The notes under the pieces are model-generated. The model searched no databases. It saw only the letters and a program-made list of their open reading frames with translations, and was not told the origin of the DNA. A DNA stretch of 64,000 nucleotides from Amphiscolops sp. MND2022. Lineage: Eukaryota. Positions 35,590 through 49,993 of the stretch are shown piece by piece. Location: contig OZ076413.1 of assembly GCA_964187785.1 (NCBI GenBank), forward strand, positions 44,022,001-44,086,000. The letters are read 5' to 3'. A program made the translations under genes and the position numbers. Position 1 is the first letter of the stretch, and each line of letters begins with the position of its first letter.

Positions 35590-38460
35590 AGACCTATACC
35601 AGTAGACCTACAAGAAGATGTGGAATGAGGACTCAAGAAACTTATATATGCCAATTGTCTAGAACCAATCTTCAAAGTGTATGAATACTGTTTCGTATCT
35701 CCGGAAGTCAATCCCGTAATTAACGACGACTCGGGTAAACACTATTTGATTTCAGGAAACTGAATGATTGTTGCATAAAACCCAAACTCCATATGTCGAA
35801 CATGGTAGAACTGGTGATTCAAATCGCAGGACAAACAATCAATTGAGTAACAAGCGTCTTGCACAGGGATATTTTCCGCCTTCACTAGACCAACAAGGGA
35901 CGCCTAATCGAAAGTTTACCTCGTTGGTAAAACGCAATTGCATTCGGATACAACGTCAACATTCGACTATAACTCAATGATTTCGAACTTCCATTTCCTC
36001 CGAAGTAAAACACAACTTACTTTGGATATAACGTCAAATTTTCTGAGAGAATGTGCCGGGACAAATGGGTGCGGTAGTTTTCGATCCTTCGCTTTCTCTT
36101 TAGTAAAACGCAATATTATGTAAAAAGTGGAGTAAAAAGTGGAGATATGGTAAAATTTGGAAAAAATGCAAGACAGATTATGATTTTCCTGCCCCATACA
36201 CAAAAAATATTTCGAGTTCAGTTATTAGCAAATGACCGATTGCTTGATGATGGCACAATGACCCGGTTAGATGACTTCATAGAGAGAAGAAAGTGGTCGA
36301 TGTACTATCAAAATTAGGCCTTTCATGACATCGGAATCAAACCTAATGACATAAAAATTGACGTTGTCACGGAAAAAACAAATGAACAGAAATCATTTCG
36401 TTAAGCTATTAAACTCCCGGGAAAAGTTCCACTGAAAAGTTCGGAAACCATTGGATGCAGAAAATTTCTGAAGAAGAATGAATCATGGAAGATGGAAGAC
36501 CATCAAGAAAAAAGATTTCAACCATGTAACAAGGTGCTGACCGAGAACCCAGGTTTAGCACAATGCGCAAAAAAACAAAGAAAACGTGGTTACTGCAGAA
36601 GCCTGTAAAAACAGAGTCAGAGTTTCGGCATGACAGCTACAAAAGAACAGTGACATCATACTAGTCGCGAACGGAAGAAGATACTCATATAATAACAAAA
36701 CATTGTATTCAATTAGAGAACTCAAGTTATTAGCTGTAGTGTGGGGATTAGTGGGACTCCCATTCAATTGCTACGGCAGAAAGGACACTTGACTAGGGTT
36801 CATCTAGCAGTAGAACATCGTTGAAGGACGAAGTATTCAGCAACAAACCTTAAGACTTTCACGATAGCTAGGTCGACTAGCTCCTTTTGATGTCGTAGTT
36901 GAACTGATCCCCAGCAGTAACTCAAACTCACTGACTTTCTCAGTACAAATCCAGAATGGGGACAGTATAGGAGGTTAAATACGACAAGAAAACGTAATTA
37001 GCATAATACTTGAACACGCAAAAATGAACGCGAATACAGTTCGCTGTTCAACAACCAGTCAAGCTGAGACGATTAACCAATCTTTTTCAAACAGAACCTT
37101 GCCGAACAACCGCGGTTTTGAAACTCAAGCAAGAGAAAATATTTCATCGCGACAGTCCATAATTATTGGCGCCAATTCAAGTTCATCTTCACAAGAAGAA
37201 GACACACAAAAAATCCGGTGTCACTGAAGGGCCACCTGTCAGAGTTTGGATCTAATTCGCAGACAAAATAAGAGCCCAAAAAGCCGAAGACTAGTTGAAC
37301 TGAGGTATGGACTGAGCAGTCAGGGAACAACGCGCAGACAAAATGACACCCAATGTCACAGAACAGTATTCGCAACCTCCAGATCAAGTAAGAGGAGCCG
37401 AAATCTATTGCGTAAAAAAGGCAGGCTGACCCAAGAGCGAACTGGCTATTAGGTAGATACCGGCCACTATAACCATAAGAAAAAGGCAACGAAGTCGATA
37501 TCACTGAATGTGTCGAATTAGAAACAGACCAGAATCAGGTAGATCCCGAAAAAGACAACGTAACCATGCGGGGGCACTTCGCCAAGAGTCGACTTGAGCA
37601 AATACCACAAGGAAGGCTAGGAACCGCATTATGAAAGGAGCAACCATATAATGGGAATGCTATACATCAGCATGAAGGTGAACGAACGAAATAAAAAGAA
37701 AACTGGGTTCGACGTTTTCTTAACTTTATGAAACTTATCGCAAAGACGGCCTCCGATCCGCGGAAATGACGAGGGTAGGAGTGAGCATGAGAAAAGCAGA
37801 GTAAGAAACAGCATCGGAAGGCTACAAACCATTTCTCTCTATACCGTGGGATCTGAATTTTGTGAACGACCAGATTGTTGTTCCGTTCGACCTACGGTCA
37901 AGGCTACTGGACAACACAAATATCGGTAATGTCGGCAGAACAAAGATTTTCTGGTAGCCTGGAATGCAAAACGACATTGAAAAAATGGTGAAAAAATGGA
38001 GAAGAAGATGCTTTGCAACAGGTCAGAACCTCGAATATCATTTTCCGAATAATTCAACGCAAGTTACAAAAAGATAAAGGGGAAAGAACAAACACTGATT
38101 GAGATCGATCGGTTCAGCAGGTGGCCGATAGACTACATTTGCAAAAAGTCAGACCTCGAACTATTTACAAACTTCAATTTATACGGAACAACAGAAGAAG
38201 CGTAGACCGATAGACGAGGGGCATTCGTTTGAAAGTATTTAACTTCGAAAACACGAATGATAGAAATTGAATACGGAACAGCCCGAATGCACACCGGAAA
38301 CGCAACGGTAGAAAGAGCGATACAAACAAAGAAAAACCTAGCAATAGCGAAGATGGAGGACGAAATGAATTGACCGCATGCGTAAGCCGGGCACAGGAAA
38401 TCATGAGAATTACCCTTCACACTTGTTTAAATGAAACTCCATCGTGCTACATCACTGTAG
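35590..38460 (+). pseudogene. pol: Decayed Gypsy pol (RT, RNase H and integrase fragments)
   Basis: Fragments PVDLQEDVE, YSIRELKLLAVVWGL, TDFLSTNP, IDRFSRWP and MHTGNATVERAIQT, with many stops and frameshifts. Confidence 0.75.
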
Positions 38461-39321
38461 AATTCCAAGAACCTACTTAAACAATAATGCAGAAAAAAAG
38501 GAAAACAGTTTATATCACACTTGTCAGAGTTATCCATTTCAGCAGAACAAAAGCAGATCATCCTGACATACGCCTGGATGCTGAAACATCTGTCATGACA
38601 AGAAGACTAATTCATCCAAAATGTAGTCCGCGTAATTTGTTCAGAGTGAAACGAAAAGCTAACGGAACCGGTACCAATTGTGACAGGAGACTTCACACCG
38701 AAGATACGTCATTGTTTACGTGCCTTGATGGGATGTACGGGCTATGGGACGGAATCTTGAGAGATATTCTGAACATAAAACTCAAGCTATAAAGAAAGAC
38801 CACAGACCGATTCGAAAGACCATGCAGGACGCGATGATGGAAACGAGGATATGCCGGAAAAATCCGGAAAGACGCATGAAGCATCCGAAAGATACACACC
38901 GATTCGAACAGACCCAGGGACGCAAGTTATACAAATACACACCGACGAAGAAATGACACAGGGTATGAATTTTGAAATAAACAATAGGCGGTTACACCGA
39001 CAAAAAAAGCTGAATAGATACGGCAGTGTTCCATTTACTGTATAGTTTTGCGGTTGACTAATTAATCTGATTTGTTTTTGGGCCTCACTTAGAACCTTAC
39101 AAAAAAGAACGCCTCATCCGGAGTCTGCTCAGAAGCTTGCCGAGTTTCTACAAGAGGAACAAAAGATGACAAGAGGAACTTGTGCCTTCGTGAGCTAGGA
39201 GAGAGAAGGGGCATGTTATCGGTATCATTAGTCATTCACCTCTAATGAGCTTTGGTTCAGACAGTACCTGCCGTGGTGTAGACAAGCACAGAACTTTGAA
39301 ATATAACGAAATACAAACCCC

Positions 39322-40150
39322 GTGTTTCCCGACCAGGCCGATCATAATCTGACCATAATATGGCACCATACAAATCATACAAAATTCCTTACTATGATCT
39401 TGCCATGATCGGCCTGGAATCATATATGGTCCAGAGTATGATCGGCCTGGAATCATATATGGTCCATAGTATGTTCGTCCTGGAATTATATATGGTCCAG
39501 ATTATGATCAGCCTGGAATCATAAATTTTTGTTCCAAACGCGGGTTGCCGTGACATGCAACCCAAACGAGAATTTTCAAACATTTTCAACAGCCAGCTTT
39601 ATAGGCTGAGGGCAATAAAGCCGCATTAGACCTTTTGTATCTGCGAACGATACATTGCAGGTCAGAACTCCGTTAAGATCCAAGCGGAGTTAAAGACGAC
39701 TATAGTCACTCAATTTGTTCTCAGCCACTCCTTAGTTAATACCTAACTCTTTTGTTATAGCAGTACCCACTTTGAATTGTGGTTTTCGATTATTTCGAAG
39801 AAAATTACCAATAATTCAGCAAAAGCTGCCAAAAATTGATGATTGCTACCTTGTTTTCAATTTGGTGATTGTATTGGACGTTTAGTTGAAGAATATCTTG
39901 TAATTTCATCAGTGCATGCGTTAATTGACTAGATTATCCTAATTTTCTTTTTATGGCTCCAGGCTGACCATACTCTGGGCCATAAAGGTTTATGGTTCCA
40001 GGCTGATCATAGACTGAACCACATATGACCACAGTATGGTCAGGCTGCAATCATAATCCTTTATGGTCCAGAGTATGATCAGCCTGCAATCATACTGTGA
40101 GTATGATGGCAGAGTATGATTGACCTGTTTTTGTATGGGAGGGAAACCCG
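39322..40150. mobile_element. MITE-like or repeat-rich insertion within an LTR
   Basis: ~30-bp tandem units (tgatcggcctggaatcatatatggtccagagta) at 39405-39520 and related units at 39960-40130; a related fragment lies at 14160-14260. Confidence 0.5.
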
Positions 40151-40434
40151 GGACTAATTATACGTATATTTGTTATAGTTTTGTTTTAGATAGTACTCGC
40201 ACCATACTCTGGGCCATAAAGGTTTATGGTTCCAGGCTGATCATAGACTGAACCACATATGACCACAGTATGGTCAGGCTGCAATCATAATCCTTTATGG
40301 TCCAGAGTATGATCAGCCTGCAATCATACTGTGAGTATGACGGCAGAGTATGATTGACCTCTTTTTGTATGGGAGGGAAACCCGGGACTAATTATACGTA
40401 TATTTGTTATAGTTTTGTTTTAGATAGTACTCGC
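39967..40434. repeat. 234-bp tandem duplication
   Basis: 39967-40200 and 40201-40434 are identical except for about 2 positions. Confidence 0.9.
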
Positions 40435-42052
40435 AAAACATTTTACATATCTTTTTATTGCATAAATTTTTAGCCATTATGCTTAGAATACAACATGGCA
40501 CAGTCAGGCAATTGTAAATTTACAAACTTTTGAATTACTAACAAAATTTGTTGAAAAATATACATCCTGACTGAATCAAGGATTTTTCGAATTGGGGGAG
40601 AGGTTGATACGCTATCCGGAAAAATTGCCAGAATGGTTTTAATCTGAACCAAGCCTGCCGTTTGTTTTCACATTCTCGAATTGCATTGCGTGTCTGTGAA
40701 ATTTAAATCCAGGTAACTTCATTTTCATGTTGGGTTTGCAAGTTGTGTTTGCTTCATATTTAAGAGTTTTTTTTACCAGGAATACTGTTATTACTACTGT
40801 AGTTTCTTGGAGTTTGTTTTTTACTTATAACATGAATATCGATTTCTTGAAATACTCCAGATTCGATCTCCGTCACTTTATATGGGTGTTCGCTTGGCAA
40901 GCTTTGGCGAGAGCTTGTTGAGCTTTTTAGAATAGTGCATCCGCATGCTTTTGAAGTCTATTTTCATTTTAGTTCCTCTTAGAAATGAAAAATCCTAAAT
41001 TCAAAACGTTCCTTCTTTTATGTAAGTACTTTTTTTAAAAAAAAGTCTTCTTGAAATTGTTTTCAGTCTTTAAAAAAATTGCGATAACTTTTTTTTTCAA
41101 AAACCGATTCCTCACACTTTTCGAGTTTTGAACGAGGCGCCGAGTTGTTCCAATTTCCTGAAGTTTTTTTTAAAGTTGGAAAGTACTTGATTAAGGGGCC
41201 TAGGTGATATGGTGCGAGGTTCTGTATTAGGAGGAGGATCGTTGAATCCCACACAAGCAAAACGTTCCCTGGTTTCTAAACTGAACTATGTTATTAGCGG
41301 TTTCTTTCCAATAATGTCAGATCTTGTTAGGTAGCAGTTTCCAATTCGAGTCCAACTGGTGTCGAAATTTTGTATCTTTTCAAATTGAGATATTAAAAAA
41401 CATATATTAAACGACAGAGTTTCTGCTATATGTTTTATCCGAGTCAAGGTCAGGAACAAGCGGGAATAGAATATGACCAGTTTAGAATTTTTGTGAAATA
41501 AACTAAAATACATTGTTTAAAACATAAAATATAAAATCTTCTAAATATATAAAAACCACTCTATGCGAGCTATTGACGATATTTCCGAGCTCAAACAATT
41601 CGGATCAGAGAGACATCAAAACATGCTTATAGACAGCGCTACAAAAATTATATCGCGACCATTATTATTGTCATTTTTTTCTTGCTTTTAATGTCAGTTA
41701 GAAAGAAACTATTGACCCAGAAACCGTCTCCCTTCCAAAAGGTTTTCGACACTTTGCGATTTTTGAATACTCAAAAAACACGAGCAACGGCAAAAGTAGA
41801 GTATGATGTTCACCTCGAGGTCCATAACCTCAAAACCGGTTCCTGTCGGTAAACTTTGTTTTGATTCATGATTTACTTAAACTTACGATGTTATGTAGGA
41901 TCAAAGGAAAAGTGATCTGGGAAACACTCTACCAGTGTAACGTTTAGCTTCCAAGTGATTCCCTCTAAAGTACGAGCTAGGAGGTTAATACTTGACTACG
42001 ATAGAAGCCATTTGGAAGTTTTGCGCTTTTATTATGAAGTTCCAATTCAAAA

Positions 42053-43090
42053 AACAAGCCGGGAATGGCCCAAATCGGCAACCTTCTCAATGCACAAAAG
42101 TGTACCCGGGGACGTGGTTTCAGTATCACTTGTTGAATAAAGATTTTTCAAAAATCCAAAAAAAAATTTAGTCCTGAAAACCTAAAGGTTTACATTGGAC
42201 GCAAATTATGTGAAGTTTTTGGGAAAAATCGATAACGTTATACGAGAAATGAAAACGTTATATCCGAACTTTGAAAACGTTACATCCGAACTTTGAAATG
42301 TTATATCTGAACTTTGAAAACGCTACATCCGAATTTTGAAAAGGTTATATCAGATCTTTGAAAACGTTATTTTCGGGAAAAAAAGTCACATAGCGCCGAA
42401 AAAACCCAAAGGGCGACCCTTTGGTCTCCCTTCTACTTTTGAAAGCCTAAATAAAAACTGTTATATCCGGAAATCGTTATATCCGGTTTGCGTTAAATCC
42501 GGTATGGGTTGTGTTATTGTCGAAGCGGACACCTTAGCACTTTGAAAGGTTACAGCATTGAAAAATTCTCCAAGAAACGTTATATTCGTCGGTATAGCAA
42601 CATTCTATAAAGCTCGTAAAATCTGTCACTTAGTCGGTCTTAAAAAAAGAAAAGCCACTAATAAAGTCGTCACTTTCTACGAAAGCGCCGACTAACAATT
42701 CGGGAACGTCTCAAGCCCCGCTTAAAGATCGAAATACCGGGAACAGCCAAAGTCGGCGCTATATCTAAGGCTCAAAAAGCGCAACGTTTTTAAAAGGGGG
42801 ACCCTTTGGGTTTTTTGAAACCTCAGTTTGTGGCAAAATATGGAAAAAATGAGTGGGGACCCTTTGGAGACATTGAAATGTTTTGGAAAAAAAAACAAAA
42901 ATTGAGAATTTTCAACAAAGTCACAGTGCCGAAAAATGTGAAAGGGGGACCCTTTGTGTTTTTTAACATCCCTTCTGTTGTAAAATTGAAGTGGTGTCTA
43001 AAAATTGATGTGGTGTCTGAATTACGTGTTTAAAAAAACTACCCACTGTAAGAGTCGGGCACATTTCTTCAAAATCTCCATCTAGAAAGC
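42053..43090 (+). mobile_element. Adjacent HINE-like copies with an internal ~21-bp minisatellite
   Basis: AACAAGCCGGGAA start; gaaaacgttatatccgaacttt array 42235-42370; end AAGCGCCGACTAA at 42695. A second copy carries AGTCGGCGCTATATCTAAGGCTC at 42751. Confidence 0.65.
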
Positions 43091-43234
43091 GCAAAGTTTT
43101 TAGTATATGCTCACCCCTTTTTGGAGTAAAACCTTTCAATCATAGGAGTACCAAACAAGTGGTAGTTAGATACTACAATGTTACTTTGAACAATTGTTTA
43201 TAGAAAAGTGCCAGTTCGCTGGTCCTAAAAATCA

Positions 43235-43665
43235 TATTTCGGATATAGCGCAACATTTTCGAATCCCAGCCTCCACTTAGTAGAACAGAACTGGGTCACA
43301 AGGAAACGAGTTTTTCGAAACTCGGCCTCTTCTCATAGTAAACCGCAATTTACTTTTTACTTTGGATCTAACGTCAAAAGTTCGGATATGGCATGCTGGG
43401 ACAAATGGGAGCGCTTTTTCGAACCTCTGCTTCTTCCTTAGGAGAACACAAGTTACTTCGAAGATAACGTCAAAATTCGAATATAGCGCAATAATTTCGA
43501 ACATGCGCTTCCTCTTGAGTAAAACGCAGTTTACTTCGGATATATGTTCAAAGTTTCGGATATAGCGTTTTTCGGAGCTGGAACAAATGGAAGCATTTTG
43601 TTTGAATCTGGGTCTCCTTCTTCGTAGAACGCACATGACTTCGGATGTAACGTCAATAGAGCGGA
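43235..43665. repeat. Dispersed repeat family with tandem subunits (gtaaaacgca...ttcggatataacgtcaaa)
   Basis: Several subunits here; further copies at ~35915-36120 and, inverted, at ~58620-58680. Confidence 0.6.
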
Positions 43666-45518
43666 ATAGTATTTTGGGCCACGTCGGCCGCAGGAGTGTG
43701 ACGGAGCTTGTAAAAGTAGGTCATTCAGTGTGAGATTGTCATCTGACGCAAACAAACTTGCCAGTGTAATTGTCGGGCGCATTTGCTGCTAAAATACACC
43801 GACAAAATACAAGATGCGCAGTTGTACTGCAAACATTTTTGTATAATCTGGTGATATGCTTTTGAGAAGAAAACTACCCCTAGCCGAAATTGTTTGACAA
43901 AAACGAGTCAGCAGATTTTAATCTTGAAGTTCAATAACAAGTTCATGCACTTATGTACAGAGAGTTCCGAAAAAAGTTGAGAAAAGTAGAACCCTGGTCT
44001 TATCCTTCACAAAGTCCAATATATATTGGTAATAACGTTGAAAATTCCAATAAGAGGCATTTTTATTACTTTATGTGTAAGAACTGAAAACGGCAACAAT
44101 GTATAGTTCAAATTAGAGAAATTCAGAAATCCGACTATAGCTATTATAGAAAAGTGGATTCTATAAAAAGTGATTAAAAATTGTCTACATGCGAGTGAAG
44201 TTTAGTTCCAATCTTGCAATCGCTCTTTTTTGAATTTGGAATTTTCAACACTGTGACAGCTTGAGCACATTTTTAAATATACACACTTCGCCCTATTTTA
44301 AATGCCAAGTTCATCTTGATCCAGAAAATCGCACTATTTTCTACGGGACGCGAAAAACGTTGTTCATATGGTGTCTATATTCGCCTCAACTGAAGAATCT
44401 AGTTCCTGTGAAGAAAGAGTGAGTATCTGTATTAGTATAATGAGTTCTCAAGATTTAAAAACTCAGAGTTGAACGACTGGGACATTTGTGTCAATAGAAA
44501 GGGATAAAAAATTTTTGCGGTTCAATATTTTTGTCAGTGAAATTGAGTTTCTTTGGCTTTTTGGTACCCTAGTTTACATATGAATCACTTCTCATCCCTT
44601 TACCTATTGTTCAATTAATAGAATACCTTACACCAAAGGTCTTTGTTGAGCTTTATGAGCTTTATGCATTTATGTGCAGTCTTGTTAACAGAACCTTTGT
44701 GAAAAACGACCCTTGAACTCAACTACAACTGTATGAGAAAACAGAACTGATAATTCAATTATTAAATCAACAAATGAAGATATCTTGATATCATTGACTA
44801 AGTGGATGGCAATTGATATGTCAGCAACCCTAGCCAGAATATGACATTGCTAGATGTTAGAATAATTTATTGCGTTTTGATCCTGCAGACTGATTCCAAA
44901 ATGATTTGACTCAAATTCGTCTGCCAGCAGTTTCGTCTTTAGTCGAGTTTAGCCTGAAACAAGTTTGCAAATAATTTGAAACATTTGTCAGGTGACAGGT
45001 GAATTATCCTTTCGAGATAAAGAAAAATGTTTTTTTTTTTCGTGATTCGAATATCCCTTCTTTTTCCACCACCTCGTCCTTTTTACACATTCACACTGTA
45101 ACAAGAAAATTGCAACTTACTAAGTAAGATTGAAAAAATCTTGGAAAATACTTGGTGAAATTGTTTGCCTGCATTTTGTAAACATCAAAGGAATTCACAC
45201 AAAGAGCTATTACTAATTGGAAAATAATGTTACATATTGCTCTTATATAAAAGTTTACAATTGACAAATTTGGTTACCTGACAAAAGCGCCCCAGACAGA
45301 AGCGCCCATATTACACAGTCAAAAGAGCCTCAGTCATGAGTGTCCCAATCAAAGACGACTGGTCGTTTGATAGCTCCTTTCCCTAGACTATATCGAATTT
45401 CAATTTGGTAAAGTTGACTAATTATCAGATTTTCTTTCTAACACGACGCATTAACCAGTTACTCCATTAAGAAATTCATATATAGTTTTTCAAAAGTGCC
45501 ATAGTGTACAGGGGCTTG

Positions 45519-46554
45519 TCATATGTACTCACTCATATAATTTTCGGCCATTTGCTCATCGATGATGCAGACGAACGATGCCATGGGCATTGTGAGAGGA
45601 AGTTTGAAGAGGGCGTGGGCATTTGTGTCGTAGTAACCCAAACACCTTCCTCCGGATATCCACATGACAGCCTGGATGCCCAGATCAGACTCCAGACCTG
45701 CAGCAACGCACAATTCCATGCTGGCAAAGTCACCCAGATGGGTTTTGGACGACACCGTGTTTCTGAACATTCCGTTGAACACAGCCTTCTTGCAGTCGGG
45801 GCCAAAAGCGTCTAAAACAGAGCTATACGATGATAAACACGCACACGTTGACTCCTCAGTTCCAGGTGGCTGATAATATTTGTGAGAAGTTTGAATAGCA
45901 TTTTTTGAGACCATAGTCTAGAACTTTTTGCAACCTAAGAACTGAAATGTTTCTTTAGGAATCTTTGACAGGGGAAGAAGGAGTCACTTATGGAATCAGT
46001 GAGTTTTGATGATTTTTTGAGATCAGTGTGTTTTGATGGTGAATCAGCGAGTTTTTTAAAGGAAACTACCATTGGTTCGCTTTGATGATGTACTGTTTCT
46101 GAAATGAGCAAAATGAGTTTCGCTTGAGCAATGTTTTAATAGCTAGTCTGTCACACAACTCTTCTGCAATGTATTTCACGAAATAGCTGCTAAAAACTCG
46201 ACTTGATTTCAGTCTTACCAAATATTTCAACGTTACTGAACTTGTAGATACAAAAAGTGTATTCTCACCATCGAAGTTGATTTCTCTTGGTGGCAAAACG
46301 CAGAAGCGCGAGTTGACATTGCCCATGTACTCCAAGTCTTCTTCAAAGGTGACGTAACCGATGCACTTTCCCTGTTCGTCCCAGAACAAAGCCTGGGCAT
46401 TGGGGATCTCATCTATCACCCACTGAACGCAGTCCAGGAATGTTCTCGACTCGTCGTTTTGATCAAGGTGTTCGATCGACTGAGAGGGCTCGTTGGGGGA
46501 AGGACGGCGCTCTGCAATCTCATACTCACACTGAGCCGCTGAAACAAAGCTCAC
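45519..46554 (-). CDS. Unassigned coding-like region (162-aa and 131-aa ORFs in different frames)
   Basis: Higher-GC island in AT-rich DNA with protein-like composition. The two ORFs share a motif (QALFWDEQGKCIGY vs QAVMWISGGRCLGY). Confidence 0.4.
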
Positions 46555-48156
46555 CTCAAATGAAATATCATGAAAAAAGCCTCGATCACGTTATTCAAGA
46601 TGTTTTTCATCGAATGGTACTTTAAGATGACTTTTAAATGCTTTAAAGGGATGAAAAATTTCAAAGACTCATATATAAGGATTACTTATATATTTGGGAA
46701 TACTATACTCATTAATTTTAATATAATCTTAAATAGTATATTATTCTTGAATGTGATAAGAATAATAATATTCCTAAAAACTATTATAATAAAAATAATA
46801 TTCCCAAGTAAGTGGAGTCTTCACACTTATATCATTTTGGGAAGGAAATATATAATTTCTTAATCCTAATTTTTTTGAGATTTTACTAATGAAAGTAGAA
46901 ATCGTGGTATAGAAAAAATGATAACGTAAGAACACGGGTTTCATGAGAACTTACCAGCTTGAGCCAGTAACAGCGAAAAAACAGAGAGCAGAATTACGAA
47001 TTTGAAACACGTGTTCATTTTAAACGTTTTAAGATGTAAGTTTTATGAGTTCTTGATGAACGCGAAAAATCGACTGCTCTGTTGGGACGAAAGAACAAAA
47101 CTGAAGTTGCTGGTTCTAAAGATACGACGATGGTTTTAGTCGTAAACTCAAAAAACTTCAGCTTTTCCGGTTGAGCGAAGTTGAAAACTAATACTTTTGT
47201 TTAGCGAACTCCAAATCTGTTGCAAAAAGCAACCGGTTTAACCAATTGGATTGTTGAGAAACAAGAATATTAAATAGTTCAAAATAGCGGACATTCAACT
47301 AGAAATGAAATCAAAAACAAAAAAAACAAAAGCTTGAAATTTTCGAACAAACTTGTTCAAAGGAACAAGTTAGACAAAAAGTGAAAGTTATAGACTAAAC
47401 TATTGAATGAAAATCACTAACTTGCAAAAAGGAATTCTTTGTTAATCGCACAAAACTTCAATCATCTTTTATGAACATGGATTTTTATGACGCTGGTTAA
47501 TTCATCGAATTAACAATGATCCATGAATGCGAGTGTCCGCTAAAAATGTTCTTTTTGAATTGTCTAAATACTTGGCCTTATTCTTTTTCTATACAACGAA
47601 CAGTTTTCTCTGATAAGTTTGTTTGACCAAAAACATTAAAAATGACTTTGGAATCTTTTCCGAAACCTCCGACGGCTGATTCGTTTTACCTGAAAAAATT
47701 AGAGGTCTAAAATTTACAGAGAATGGTTTATTTCAACCGAATTTCATACCCTTGTTGAAACTTCTTGAACTTTTTGCATGTACTTTAATGTTGCCAGCAA
47801 CTTTTATTATGATTTTCTAAAACTCTTACGGAAACTTTAACGAGAAAATGTTTACCTGTTGTTTTCGACTTTTATCAAGCTGCTTGAAAGATTCATCAAA
47901 GTTTTGGCGGCAATTTTACGCCTTGAAGTTTTGCAGGTTTCATTAAGAAGCAGTTCTAATTTTAAAAGCAAATAAATTGCTCTCAGTTTAACAGCCATTT
48001 TAATGCAAAATTACTTCAGTCACCTAATAAGCTGCAATATAACGTCATGTTTAGCGTCCTATTTGAGACGCGGTGATCACATCAGATGAGTAGTTGAGAA
48101 AGCAAATTGTAAATACAATAAGGTCGTGTCGGTGATGATGTTGTATCTATTTTCAA

Positions 48157-48940
48157 ATTTAATTGCAGTAGTGGAAAATGCAGTGTAATTCTACAAGATT
48201 TACCACCTGAATTACCCTGAATTTTCTAGGTTTTATAAACAATTACCCTGCATGCAGGCCTGCAGCATGTAAAAAGTTCCTGCAGTCTCAACTAGGGTAT
48301 AGTATTTTTCATATTTTTCTCTAACAGACTCTAGTTTGTACTAGGGAGAAAATTTCCATTTTTTCTTCGATGATTTAAAACCATGAGAACGTTAATCTCT
48401 CGTCCTTATTAGATATCTTAAAAGATATAAACTATTCAGCAGTAAAAATGACAAAAACACCAGGTTCGCTGCTAATATTGCTAAGGAGGCTTTGGATTTT
48501 TTCCCGAGAGAGAAAAAAATTGTCAAAATGACTGCCGGAAGGTTTCAAAAACCCTCAAAGGAAGAGACAAGAAAAAAAATGTTCGAACTTCTTTTTAAAT
48601 TTTGGACATTATGAAAGTTTTCATCGGCATCAATATCCATACTTTTTTGAATCTGCTCGAAGTGTTGCTTTCATCATTACAAGGCAATTTTTCTTACAAA
48701 TGATGGGGAAATCTGCTTGTTAGGATTTCAATGCAACGTCACCTATTTCAATCACAATAGAAAGTTTTTATGCTAGTTCACCGTCTCGATCACTTTGTTT
48801 CAACCCTAGTCGAGATAACTTGAACTTTTTACATGCCGCATGGAAACTTGCAGGCTAATTTTTTACGAAACATGGAAAATTCCGGGAGCCAGCTTGGAAA
48901 CATTTTGTAGGATTCCAATGCAGCCTTCACTATTTGAATT
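48157..48940. mobile_element. MITE-like element with long imperfect terminal inverted repeats
   Basis: ...gcagcatgtaaaaagttc (to ~48280) vs gaactttttacatgccgc... (from ~48822); the inverted similarity extends outward ~120 bp. Confidence 0.5.
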
Positions 48941-49745
48941 AACAAGCCGGGAACAGCATAAGTAGGCGCCATATCTAAGGCTCAAAAATAGCAAAAGGAC
49001 ATGAAAGTGTCAAAAAACACAAAGTATCAAACTCACAAAAAAGTATCAAGCTCACGAAAAACCCAAACGACAAAACTGGCGGACCTCTCGCGCTAAAAGG
49101 AGGACCCTTTCGCACTTTTTAACATCCATTGTTGCAAAACATCAAAAAATTGAAGCCGGGAATGGCATAAGTCGGTGCCATATCTAAGGCTCTAAAATAG
49201 CAAAAGGACATGAAAGAGTCAAAAACTCAAAGTATCAAACTCACAAAAAGAGTATCAAGCTAATGAAAAACCCAAACGACCAAACTGGCGGGCCTCTTGC
49301 GCTAAAAGGAGGACCCTTTCGCATTTTTTAACATACATTGTTGCAAAACATCAAAAAATTGAATTGGGACCCTTTGGTGAAAAAAATTTCCAAAAAAAGT
49401 TTCACAATGTCAAAAAAACTAAAAGGGGGACCCTTTGGGGTTTTTCAACATCCATTCTGTCGCAAAACATCAAAATACTGATAGGGGGACCCTTTGGGGA
49501 AAAGTGCTTTTTCAAAAAAAGTCTCAATGCCGGAAAAAATTGGAAGGGGGACCCTTTAGTCTCTCCGTATGGTATGTTACGCGGAAAAAGACGAAAAACA
49601 TTTTTGGTTCAGTTTGCTAGGCCAAATGATTCAATTTGGGACCATAAGATTTTTTAGAACTTCCAAGAACTTTTTTGGTCAGTTTGTGTGGAATAAAAAA
49701 AGTCACTATAATAGACGCGTTTCACTTCCTGAAGCGCCGACTCAA
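48941..49745 (+). mobile_element. HINE-like copy with a duplicated 5' part
   Basis: AACAAGCCGGGAA...AGTAGGCGCCATATCTAAGGCTC start, repeated at ~49154; ends AAGCGCCGACTCAAAA. Confidence 0.7.
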
Positions 49746-49993
49746 AATAAAAACATTTCATCATCTTCACCGCTGCGATCTTTTTGTTTTCACGCGTAAA
49801 TTTCTTAAGTAAGTACCTTATGTAATCACCGTTGGTCAAATAGCACGCTGAATATGACGCTACTTTGAAACTTATAATGTGGTTTGTCGTGGGGGAAACC
49901 ACCACTTGTAGGAAGTTTCTATTTGATATGCATTCATCTGAAGCATACACACAACAATTAGGCTAACATAAATAACACAACGACATTATATTT

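Larger units (their letters stand above)
34032..40495 (+). mobile_element. Old, degenerate Gypsy LTR element
   Basis: LTR remnants at 34032-34144 and 39214-40495 share TGTTATC starts, gttcagaca.tacctg and tagccattatgcttagaatacaaca ends. PBS-like TGGCACAGTCAG at 34145; PPT ggagagagaagggg before 39214. Confidence 0.7.

Noticed and set aside
39400..39525. Regular ~30-bp repeats resembling a CRISPR array
   Set aside because: Head-to-tail units without unique spacers, no cas genes, eukaryotic DNA.
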